Part shown: one piece after another, positions 12,353 through 22,486 of the stretch | How positions within the stretch are numbered: the stretch's first letter is position 1 | Layout: each line of letters begins with the position of its first letter | Assembly: GCA_032718475.1 (NCBI GenBank) | Contig: JAUCBJ010003988.1 | Location: 1 to 43,823, forward strand | DNA: 43,823 nt | Source: Nemertoderma westbladi | Taxonomy: Eukaryota > Animalia > Xenacoelomorpha | Direction of reading: 5' to 3' | Program-made: the position numbers and the translations under genes | The notes under the pieces: generated by a model | What the model saw: the letters and a program-made list of their open reading frames with translations, nothing else | The model's database searches: none | Told to the model about the DNA's origin: nothing

Positions 12353-13475
12353 ATATATAGTTTACTGGAAGTATCTCTTACTGACATTTGGTTATGATCT
12401 TGTGTGATTTGGATAACTTTATAGAAGTAAATGTGACTGATATAGATAGATAGATTTATTTGTACATTATGTAAAAAACAATAACAAATACACCAAACAA
12501 TAATGTACCGGTATAAAGGTATTGTCCAACATAAAATATAGGATTACCCCTAAAGCTTTGCAGCTTATTTCCAAGGGGGTCCTTTATGTTACTGGGTTAC
12601 TAATACAATATTACACTACGCTAATCTAAAACCAATATAAAACGTAATTACATTATGTACATGTACAACTTTACCGAGAGCGTGACAATGTCCGACTCAA
12701 CGTATGTAAAGATGTAATGTACAGAACAATTTATTATAAAACGTAATTACAGTATAAATAGTAAATAATTAATAAACTAATAACTTACTGTAGGACTATT
12801 GTACCTAAGTAGTAGGGTCTTGGGCGGCTCTGCGACAGTTAGACCCAACTGACACCCATTGGGTGTCATATGACACCCAATTATCACCCTATGGGTGTCA
12901 TTGGGTGTCATTGGCGCCAGACTGTCTGGGTGACAACTCCTAATTAGGCTAATTAGACCCTAATTGACAGGTGTCATCAATTAATTAGTACAAATAAACC
13001 CTAACAGGTGTCATATGACTCCTAATTAGGGTTTAATTGATTATCCTAATTAATCAGACTGATTAGCGCCCTGACACACAATGGGTCATCAGTGTTGTCT
13101 AACTGTCGCAGAGCCGGCTCAAGAGGGTGTCATAAGTGACACCGCAGCTCTTTTATTCTTTAATACTTATTTATATTTAATTTTAATTAATTAATTGTAT
13201 TCTATTTTACTTTATTTATTCATTTGTACTTTATTTAATTTTAATTAATTGTATTACTTTTACTTTATACATTGATTTCTATTTTTAGATAAATTAGTTT
13301 TTATATTACCAATGAGATCACTATGACATAATGTCTATATTTAGCTCTATGGTTTATAGATCCCTTATCGTTAACTTTATAATCTTTCCTCTCGCGGCCC
13401 CTTTGTCTTCGTTATTCAATGGCGCCACTCTGGCTACCATTGAATAACATTGGGCAATCATTATCTCGCCTGATG

Positions 13476-13600
13476 TGACGTCATCAAAGCTGCTCTCTGA
13501 TTGGTTTAATTATACAGTCTTTTCTCCCTCCTGTTCCCTGATTGGCTAACCCATTCTAGCCCCCTCTATAATAACCCCCGTTCAACGCATTCCCAGTCAT
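13476..13600 (+). promoter_or_regulatory. Putative Pol II promoter of the element ORF
   Basis: CRE tgacgtca 13476-13483, inverted CCAAT boxes (attgg) at 13500 and 13541, TATA tataataa at 13567, cagt initiator at 13594 (27 nt after TATA), ATG at 13715. Confidence 0.6.
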
Positions 13601-13714
13601 TATCTAAGTTTTATATTAAAAAGTTTTATTTATTTTCATAAAAGTTTAATTTATTTAAAATTTTGTAAAATCATTTAGCTAAAATTCAATATTATCAATT
13701 GACATTGCTATATA

Positions 13715-14767
13715 ATGCATAGACATGAAAGTTGTTTGGTTTGTAATAAAGAAATGAGACAAGACAATTTATCTCGTCATATGGAAACACATAGAAAGGA
13801 AAAACTAATGGCTCCATTACCAAAAAAATTTAAAAAATCCGAAGATATTTTTAGTAAAGATGAAAAGAAAAAGAGAGATGAGCGTAATATATTAAATATA
13901 AAACAGACAATGGAAAGTAAATTTCATAAAGTTATGAATATTTTGAAAGGGATACAAAAACAGTTACCCCTAGAAAATGAGGAAAATTTGAGTGAGAAAG
14001 ATGGAGAAGAAGAGGATGATGAGATGGAGAATGAAAATAGTGAGGGTCAGGATGAAGTTGAAGAGAGTGAAGTTGAGAACGAAGAAAGTGAAGATCAGGA
14101 AGAGGATGAAGAAAGTGAAGGTCAAGAAGAGGGTGAAGATAGCGAAGGTCAGGAAGAGAATGAAGAAAGTGAAGAACAGGAAGAGGATGAAGAAAGTGAA
14201 GAACAGGAAGAGGATGACGAAAGTGAAGGCGGGGAAGAGGATGAAGAAAGTGAAGGTCAGAATGAGGGTGAAGAAAGTGAAGATCAGGAAAGTGGAGAAG
14301 AGGATGAAAATGATGATAATGAGGAAATAAAGAGGCAATTACTTGGAAATAAGAATCAATTGCGGAAAATTATTAAACATTTGAAGGAAAATGAAGAAAA
14401 TAAAGAGGCGACATTGACCCAAGTCCTAGGAAGTAAAATTAAATTACAGAAATTTATTAAACATTTAGAAGAGAATGATGAAAATAAAGAAGAGATATTG
14501 AGACAAATATTAGGAAACAAAAATCAAATGCGGAAATTTATTAAACAAATGGAAGAAAATGAGGAAAATAGAGAAGAGATATTAAGACAGGTTCTGGGAA
14601 ATAAAAGTAAATTACTGAAAATTAATGAACAATTGAATAAAATTAAGAAACAGTTGGGTAATGAGGAAGATGAAAGTAAAGTAAATCAACCAGCTTTTAC
14701 TAATTTTCGAAGACCTATGATAAAAAACTCTCGTTCAGTAAATGCCCGCGCAGGACGACGCTATTGA
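13715..14767 (+). CDS. 350-aa element-encoded protein: N-terminal C2H2-like zinc finger, basic NLS-like patch, acidic 10-aa repeats, ~29-aa helical repeats
   Basis: Uninterrupted ORF; CLVC-x11-HMETH; PLPKKFKK; (EESEGQEEDE)-like repeats; EEIxRQxLGNKxxLxKxIKxLxENxENK about 4 times. Confidence 0.75.
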   Translation: MHRHESCLVCNKEMRQDNLSRHMETHRKEKLMAPLPKKFKKSEDIFSKDEKKKRDERNILNIKQTMESKFHKVMNILKGIQKQLPLENEENLSEKDGEEEDDEMENENSEGQDEVEESEVENEESEDQEEDEESEGQEEGEDSEGQEENEESEEQEEDEESEEQEEDDESEGGEEDEESEGQNEGEESEDQESGEEDENDDNEEIKRQLLGNKNQLRKIIKHLKENEENKEATLTQVLGSKIKLQKFIKHLEENDENKEEILRQILGNKNQMRKFIKQMEENEENREEILRQVLGNKSKLLKINEQLNKIKKQLGNEEDESKVNQPAFTNFRRPMIKNSRSVNARAGRRY

Positions 14768-14799
14768 CATTTGTTTGTTTGAATTCCTTTCATAATAGT

Positions 14800-14960
14800 A
14801 GGGCTATTTATCCAAAACAATTATATTAGTATTAGGACTATTTATCCATAACAATTATATTAGTATTAGGACTATTTATCCATAATAATTATATTAGTAT
14901 TATAAATGTATTTACCCCACAATATTTATTACTATTAGGTCTATTTATTCAAGAAATTAT
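14800..14960. repeat. ~35-bp AT-rich tandem repeat downstream of the ORF
   Basis: ggactatttatccataacaattatattagtatta x3 plus degenerate copies. Confidence 0.8.
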
Positions 14961-15183
14961 ATGTTTTTATAATATACTTTGGAAAATTGGTCGACTAAGT
15001 CATAATTTTTAAAACTTTAAATAAGGGTTGAGTTATTTTATAAAGTTAAGAAGAATGAACCAATAGAGGCAACCTGAAGTCTAATCTCTTGGCCTTTACT
15101 CACATTAACTCCCAAGGTTGCATACTATCACTATAGCTGGGAGAGTCAAAGCTAGTGTATACTACAGTTAGCCGAGAGCTAGG

Positions 15184-15285
15184 AAAAAGAATAATGCTCT
15201 TCTAGGGTTCGAACTCACGACCTTCTAATTCGAAAACTAAGCAAATGATCAGCTTGAAGGCCTTAGACCCTTAATCGGAGGCATC
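15184..15285 (-). ncRNA. tRNA-like / Pol III-type unit pointing away from the palindrome array
   Basis: Minus strand reads ..gggtctaaggc (D-arm/A-box-like) ..agaaggtcgtgagttcgaaccc (T-arm/B-box) ..ttttt terminator; no clean cloverleaf. Confidence 0.4.
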
Positions 15286-15336
15286 GAGCAGCCAATGAGA
15301 GAGCAGATGCGAGTACAGTGGTAAGGCCCATCCATG

Positions 15337-16598
15337 GTGAGGCATAGTCTATGCCTCAGTGGGGCATAGTCTATGCCTCAGTGAGTCATAGTCTATGCCT
15401 CAGTGCCTCAGTGAGGCATAGTCTATGCCTCAGTGAGGCATAGTCTATGCCTCAGTGCCTCAGTAAGGCATAGTCTATGCCTCAGTGAGGCATAGTCTAT
15501 CCCTCAGTGAGTCATAGTCTATGCCTCAGTGAGTCATAGTCTATGCCTCAGTGAGGCATAGTCTATGCCTCAGTGCCTCAGTGAGGCATAGTCTATGCCT
15601 CAGTGAGGCATAGCCTATGCCTCAGTGAGTCATAGTCAATGCCTCAGTGAGGCATAGTCTATACCTCAGTGAGTCATAGTCTATGCCTCAGTGAGGCATA
15701 GTCTATGCCTCAGTGCCTCAGTAAGGCATAGTCTATGCCTCAGTGAGGCATAGTCTATCCCTCAGTGAGTCATAGTCTATGCCTCAGTGCCTCAGTGAGG
15801 CATAGTCTATGCCTCAGTGAGGCATAGCCTATGCCTCAGTGAGTCATAGTCTATGCCTCAGTGAGGCATAGTCTATGCCTCAGTGAGTCATAGTCTATGC
15901 CTCAGTGAGGCATAGTCTATGCCTCAGTGCCTCAGTGAGGCATAGTCTATGCCTCAGTGAGGCATAGTCTATGCCTCAGTGCCTCAGTGAGGCATAGTCT
16001 ATGCCTCAGTGAGGCATAGTCTATGCCTCAGTGCCTCAGTAAGGCATAGTCTATGCCTCAGTGAGGCATAGTCTATCCCTCAGTGAGTCATAGTCTATGC
16101 CTCAGTGAGTCATAGTCTATGCGTCAGTGAGGCATAGTCTATGCCTCAGTGCCTCAGTGAGGCATAGTCTATGCCTCAGTGCCTCAGTGAGGCATAGTCT
16201 ATGCCTCAGTGAGTCATAGTCAATGCCTCAGTGAGGCATAGTCTATCCCTCAGTGAGTCATAGTCTATGCCTCAGTGCCTCAGTGAGGCATATTCTATGC
16301 CTCAGTGAGGCATAGCCTATGCCTCAGTGAGTCATAGTCTATGCCTCAGTGAGGCATAGTCTATGCCTCAGTGAGTCATAGTCTATGCCTCAGTGAGGCA
16401 TAGTCTATGCCTCAGTGAGTCATAGTCTATGCCTCAGTGAGGCATAGTCTATGCCTCAGTGAGGCCTAGTCTATGCCTCAGTGAGTCATAGTCTATGCCT
16501 CAGTGAGGCATAGTCTATGCCTCAGTGCCTCAGTGAGTCATAGTCTATGCCTCAGTGAGGCATAGTCTATGCCTCAGTGTCTCAGTGAGGCATAGTCT
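15337..16598. repeat. Tandem array of a 22-bp palindromic unit g-tgaggcatag-t-ctatgcctca (>50 units, with 8-bp gtgcctca partial duplications)
   Basis: Directly visible; the 10-bp arms are exact reverse complements. Confidence 0.97.
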
Positions 16599-16661
16599 GT
16601 GTCAGGTCTTAAATGAGAGTCTTACAAATTCGAACGTCAACGAACAAATTCGAAGGTTACT

Positions 16662-16744
16662 GTTCCACCTTGGTGTAGTGGTTGCGTTGAATTCACATCT
16701 CCCGTATGTCATGGGTTCGATCCCCGCATGAACCAGTCAGTTTT
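16662..16744 (+). ncRNA. tRNA-like / Pol III-type small RNA unit
   Basis: A-box tggtgtagtgg 16671-16681, B-box ggttcgatccc 16714-16724, tttt at 16741-16744; tRNA-like spacing but no clear anticodon arm. Confidence 0.55.
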
Positions 16745-16819
16745 CGTTTGGTTAGCAATAGGGCTAACGTTGCAAAATGCAGTATTATTGCCTAGTAACC
16801 AATTCATGGCTATCGTATG

Positions 16820-17250
16820 GTTTTCACTTTAAGACATTTCGCCCTCTAGCAGCAGACTGGGGAACTTCAGACTACTCTGTGACTCCGCAAAAGATATAGC
16901 CTATGCCGTAGTAGATGCCGATTGGGGGGTCAAATTAAGTAATAATATATCTAAATAAGCCTCAAACATCTTGCCTCATGGCTCGCCCCTTAGAACCCTT
17001 AAGCAATATAACTTCATAGTTTTGCGGATTGTAAATAACAAAGCTAGAGAAGATGTTAATTTTTAAATAATACGCCCTCTAGCGGTAGACAGGGGAACTT
17101 CATACTACTCTATGGCTCCGCAAAAGATATGGCCTAAGCCGTAGTAGATGCCTACCGAGTTTAAACCCATTCGGAATGAAAATAGCAAAGTTAGAGAAGA
17201 TGTTAATTTCAGATCATACGCCCTCTAGCGGCAGACTATGGAACTGCAGA
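16820..17250. repeat. Three dispersed direct repeats (cgccctctagcggcagactggggaacttcaga..) with CTCF-like core
   Basis: Copies at ~16840, ~17073, ~17219; reverse complement related to 43529-43577. Confidence 0.75.
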
Positions 17251-17974
17251 CGGCTGGATATAGGTAAGAGTAATTAGTAATCAGAGCTGTCACGGGGTGG
17301 GGGGCGGGGCGCTTGGATACAAATATTATTAATAAGCTGTTGCTTGGTTAAAGCTAATTGGGGTCAAAGGTCAAAGGTCAACGATAAAGCTGTCTGGAGT
17401 AATTAGTTACCAGTAAGGGAGCTGTATACCCTATGTCTAAGTATAACGAGATGAAAGTCCATGAGGTCATATAGAAACCAATATATAAAACTAATTATTG
17501 GTAAATCTAAAATAAAGTACAATTAATTAATTAAAATTAAATATAAATAAATAGGTATTAATTAATAAAAGAGCTGCGGTGTCACTTATGACACCCTCTT
17601 GAGCCGGCTCTGCGACAGTTAGACAACACTGATGACCCATTGTGTGTCAGGGCGCTAATCAATCTGATTAATTAGGATAATCAATTAAACCCTAATTAGG
17701 AGACATATGACACCTGTTAGGGTTTAATTGTGCTAATTAATTGATGACACCTGTCAATTAGGGTCTAATTAGCCTAATTGGGAGGTGTCACCCAGACAGT
17801 CTGGCGCCAATGACACCCAATGACACCCATAGGGTGATAATTGGGTGTCATATGACACCCAATGGGTGTCAGTGTGGTCTAACTGTCGCAGAGCCGCCCA
17901 AGACCCTACTACTTACCTATTTTTACATTGCACACGGAGGTGAGATTTAACTGCAGATTTAAAAGAATGTTGAA

Positions 17975-19607
17975 TGTCTGAGTCAGTACTCCCAGATATT
18001 CCCATTGGCGATATCTTCTTTGCAGAAGTGAAGGCTGCTGCAAAGAGCATTAAGACCAATCGTGCCAGTGGAGTAGATGGTGTTCCCCCTGAGGTCTTTA
18101 AAATACCTGAGTGTTCAAAGCTCATCTATCCCATCATAGTAGACATGTACCGAACATCAAGAGTCCACAAGAAATGAAAACAAATAAGTTGGTACCAGTT
18201 CCCAAGAAGGGCAACCTAACACTCTATGCTTCTTTTCGGGGAATCTCATTGATCTCGATTGCTGCAAAGCTATACAATAGAATTCCATTAAATCGCATCA
18301 AGGATCCCATTGAGAGACTGCTCCGTGGAAATCAGAATGGGTTCCGTAAAGGTCGTGGGACCATGGAGCCCATTTTGGCACTGAAGAATAATTGAAGAGT
18401 TATCAAAAAAGAAAGACAGGCATCTCTGGAAGTTATCTTTGTTGACTTCTTCAAGAAGGCCTTTGATTCAGTCTCTCGCTCACGTATGTTCAGCATTCTT
18501 TCTTTATATGGGATTCCTGATGAAATTATTGCAGCAATCAGATCAGTATACGATGGTTCGACAACATTTGTGTCTACTGTTGATGGTGACACAGAACCAT
18601 TTGAAGTGTTATGGGGCGTCCTCCAGGGAGACACACTTGCACCATTCTTGTTCATAGTTGTGGTTGCCTATGTTCTACGCATGTCCTTAGATCATCATAA
18701 TGATGATGGGGTGATGATAACTCCACCTACTGACTCCAGAAGTCGAGGAAATCCTGCCAAGTACCTAACTGATCTAGACTTTGCTGATGACTTAGGAGTA
18801 CTCTCAGAATCACTAGAGGGAGCCCAACGGTTTCTCAGCTCATTAGAACATGCTGCTTCTAGTGTTGGTCTGTCTTTTTAATAACTCCAGAAAGACCAAA
18901 ATTTTGACAGTTAACTTTGAAAGTCCTCAGCAAGTCTCTGATCGGATGAGCATAAGCTCAAAGGATGGTATGCTTGAGCATGTGGACGACTTCTGTTACC
19001 TGGGATCATGGATCCGGAAGTCAGGTGAGGACCTTCGAATACGTAAGGGAAAGGCATGGGCAGCCTTGAATAGGCTTTCTAGAATTTGGAAGTCACCGAG
19101 AATTAATCGAAAACTTAAGGTCCGATTATTTAGAGCAGCAGTAGTTCCAGTACTCCTCTATGGGAGTCCATGCTTGGCTCTAACTGCTGAGGACACCAAA
19201 TCTCTGGATTGCACATTCACAAGAATGCTACGCCGGGTTCATTGTGTCAAGTACAATGCACACATCTCCAACCAGACACTATATAACATTGGAGGTGTCT
19301 CATTGGTTCCCCCAAGCTTGACACTAGAACAAAATCGCCTCCGCTTTGCAGGACATTGCTTTCGCCGTGTGGACCAGCCAGTGCATAATCTTGTACTTTG
19401 GCAGCCTCATGGAGTGAATAAGCATGGTGGACAGCCCATGACTTTCTTGAGACACATCTTAAAGGACACTGGCCTTGAAGATGCGGATGATCTAGCAAAT
19501 GTCATGGGTGATAGGGAGTTGTGGTGGTGCGATTTTGTTTTGTTGACAAGCCGGCACAGCATTCTTAAAAATACAGCTGCAATGCAGCATGCCGATCCTA
19601 GTAGTAG
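17975..19607 (+). mobile_element. 5'-truncated, frameshifted RTE-type non-LTR retrotransposon (RT pseudogene)
   Basis: RASGVDGVPPE, VPVPKKGNL..RGISL, QNGFRKGR, GVLQGDTLAPFLF, DLDFADD, FCYLGSWI, RLRFAGHCFR; stops and frameshifts; (tag)3 tail. Confidence 0.92.
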
Positions 19608-19635
19608 CGTAATCGACCCCGCTAATGTCAATGTT

Positions 19636-19981
19636 GACTTTGTGCCGGACTTCACATTTTCTGCAATATCTCAAAAACTATTCGCTCTATGATTGTTTTA
19701 AAGGTGTCTACACCAACTAAATCGGTCATTGCGGTTCTAATGAGAATAAAATATCAATGCAGTGTGAATACTAGAAGTTGATCATCACAAAAACTGTGAT
19801 TATGACTCATTTGCACCAGGGGTGGGAACTGGCCATCTGGCCTGGCCATGTGCCTGTGGGAATATTTCATGTCATCCCCAAATCAAAATTTTGGTATCTA
19901 TCGAAGTTTGGGCCCATTTGATGACATCTGATGTGCGAACTGAGATGAAATTCGGAAAGAAGTTTTTTTTGGACCACCCTA
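19636..19981. mobile_element. Right-end fragment of an hATm-like non-autonomous element; related direct copy at ~22000-22285
   Basis: Ends in ggaccacccta like the 5922-7387 terminus; gacttcacattttctgcaatatctcaa shared with ~22011. Confidence 0.6.
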
Positions 19982-20291
19982 GTCTAGCAGTCACAAACCA
20001 ATAGTCACAAGCTATACAGTAATAAAATTACGAAATCATCAAGATCAAGTCCCATAGTAACCAAACAACTAAACCCTTCTTGAGAACCGTATACTGTAAT
20101 ACCTGTAGGTGCAAAGAACTTTCAGCTACATGGGACAGCAGCTCTAGAACAAGCTGCCTGACTATGACTAATGACAATATAATAATTAAAAGCGCCTTCG
20201 GTTGTATCATTATCGGTTTTAAGAAATATAAAATATCGCCTACCGAACTGAATAAAAAAAAACCCCTCATTCATTCCCTGACCATATCAGA

Positions 20292-20659
20292 CTATGGTAG
20301 CCATGAGCGGCCGGTTTTGTCAGTTTTGTATTATATTTTTTGTTTCCCCGACTTTTGCAAACCGTTCGAACGACTTTACACCAGCCAATTGGATTTTGTC
20401 CGAGCTTTGTAAAGTCGTTAGAAAGAGTTTGCAAAAGTCGGGAGAACAAAAAAAGATAACAAAAAACTAAGTTTTGTTTTCTTAAGTTTTGTAAAGTCGT
20501 TCGAAAGAGTTTGCAAAGTCGGGAAAATAAAAAAATAAATGCCAACAAAAAAACCTTTTGTTTTCCTGGGTTGTAGGCTATAGTCGTTCGAACATTATTG
20601 CAAAAGTCGGGGAAACAAAATAAAAAGATTACAAAACTGGTCGCTCAGGGCCACAATAG
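20292..20659. mobile_element. Small MITE with ~29-bp TIRs and internal repeats
   Basis: ctatggtagccatgagcggccggttttgt / acaaaactggtcgctcagggccacaatag; degenerate 8-bp flanks atatcaga / ataacaca. Confidence 0.6.
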
Positions 20660-20822
20660 ATAACACAATATAACATGATTTGACACCAAATAGAATTAAA
20701 TTAATTTATTATTAAATATTACTTTACTGCTAAACATGACTACTTAAATACATGAAATAAAATAAAGTTAACCCTTTCAATCCTATGTCTCAACAGTTGA
20801 GACATGAGTTCCTATCGTTTCC

Positions 20823-21995
20823 TACCGCCTTGATGCGATATGGACAAATCCTCAAAAAATTATATTTTGAATTATCTCAAGGAATCAAGAATAGACACAT
20901 CACAGAAATGATCGATGTAGTGGGTGTAGACACCTTTAAAATAAGAGTAGAGTCATTAGTTCTTGAGTTATTTTACAAAATGTCAAGACTATATCCACCA
21001 ATTAATACTTGATATTGAGTTGACCCATTCCACACATTTTTACAAAAACTATAATGAATTAATCACTACTCTTTAATTTTGAAGGTGTCTGTATACACTA
21101 AATCAATTTGTTGCAGCGATGTGTCTATTCTTGATTCCTTGAGATAATTCAAAATAATATTTTTTGAGGATTTGTCCATATCGTATCAAGGCGGTAACGA
21201 TGAGTACAACGAGGATTATAATGAAGACGAGTAATGCATTGACTGTACTCCTATAAAACACCTGGCTTCGCTATTGAACGCATCGATAGTTATAAAGATC
21301 GAAAGTCTGCGTTTAGGAAAAAAATTTAAATACAAATAAGGACAAGCGCAACAAGGCTTATAATGAAGACGAGTACTGCTTTTATTATATTCTACATTTT
21401 AATTTGTGTCTCATAACTAAGCCTCGTGCTGCGCGAAGTCCCCACGAACGTGTAACTAAACGTAAGTCAAAATTACTACAGGAATTACCAATAGATCTGA
21501 AATTCATACAACAATTCCAATCGATATTCACAAAAGTTTAAGTTCTCCTAAGAAACGGATACAGGGTTTAACTGATTTAACTAAGTAGTAAGCAATGAGC
21601 AAAAGTACAGTAATGAACTTTGATTGTAACATTATATGTAACATTATATTACACACAGGTGATTAAATTGCACTAAAGTTTCAACTATGTAACTTTGTGT
21701 ATTAAACGGTAGTTTGAAAATTATAGTCTGACATTTAATACATACAGTACAAGCCTGAACAAGAAAATATATCCCATAAGTTACAACATAAGTTCAACTC
21801 AATATCAAGTATTAATTGGTGGATATAGTCTTGACATTAAGTAAAATAACTCAAGAACTAATGACTCTACTCTTATTTTAAAGGTGTCTTCACCCACTAT
21901 ATCGATCATTTCTGTGATGTGTCTATTCTTGGTTCCTTGAGATAATTCAAAATATAATTTTTTGAGGATTTGTCCATATCGCATCAAGGCGGTAA
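20823..21995. repeat. ~200-bp inverted repeat pair (20823-21022 vs 21793-21995) with an extra internal inverted copy; foldback/MITE relic
   Basis: Mirrored ORFs 20785+ and 21987- encode the same peptide; a third partial copy ends at ~21197. Confidence 0.75.
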
Positions 21996-22486
21996 TGTAG
22001 ACTTGTGCCGGACTTCACATTTTCTGCAATATCTCAAGAACTATTCGCTCTACGTTTGTTTTGAAGTTGTCTACCCCCACTAAATCGGACATTGCGGTTC
22101 TAATGAGCATAATATGAATACAGTAGGAGAACTCAAAGTTGGCCATCGCGAAAGTTTTGAATTATCATCACTTGTGCCAAATGGTAGGTTCTGGTCATGT
22201 GCCTGTGGCACTAGTTCCCTTGATCCAAAAATTAAAATTTTGGTATCTAGCAAAGTTTGGACCCATTTGATGACATTTGATGCATGTAGGAAGTTCTTTC
22301 TTGAGTCATTGATCTTTCAATAATGTGTTATATTGCTATAAATTTAATTATGGCGCATCGCAATGGCTCAAAATTTCAACCCTCTTGGGATCCGTGAAGA
22401 TTGCCTTATTTTTTTACCATTTGGCAACTTTTGTGCACCGGTAGAACAATGAAATCGAAAAAAAAGAAAAAACGCACCGCCCTATT

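Larger units (their letters stand above)
12808..17913. mobile_element. Non-autonomous Polinton/Maverick-type element, 5.1 kb
   Basis: Termini agtagtagggtc...gaccctactact; ~400-bp near-identical TIRs (12808-~13210, ~17508-17913); perfect 6-bp TSD taccta at 12802-12807 and 17914-17919. AG..CT ends, long TIRs and 6-bp TSD are Polinton hallmarks; no PolB, integrase or capsid ORF seen. Confidence 0.85.

Noticed and set aside
13970-14338. Hydrophobic (-) and basic (+) alternative-frame ORFs
   Set aside because: By-products of the purine-rich 30-bp repeat in the 350-aa ORF.
15337-16598. CRISPR array
   Set aside because: Palindromic repeats are contiguous with no unique spacers, there are no cas genes, and the context is eukaryotic.
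16662-16744. Functional tRNA gene
   Set aside because: A and B boxes are present but acceptor and anticodon stems do not pair convincingly; kept only as a Pol III-like unit.
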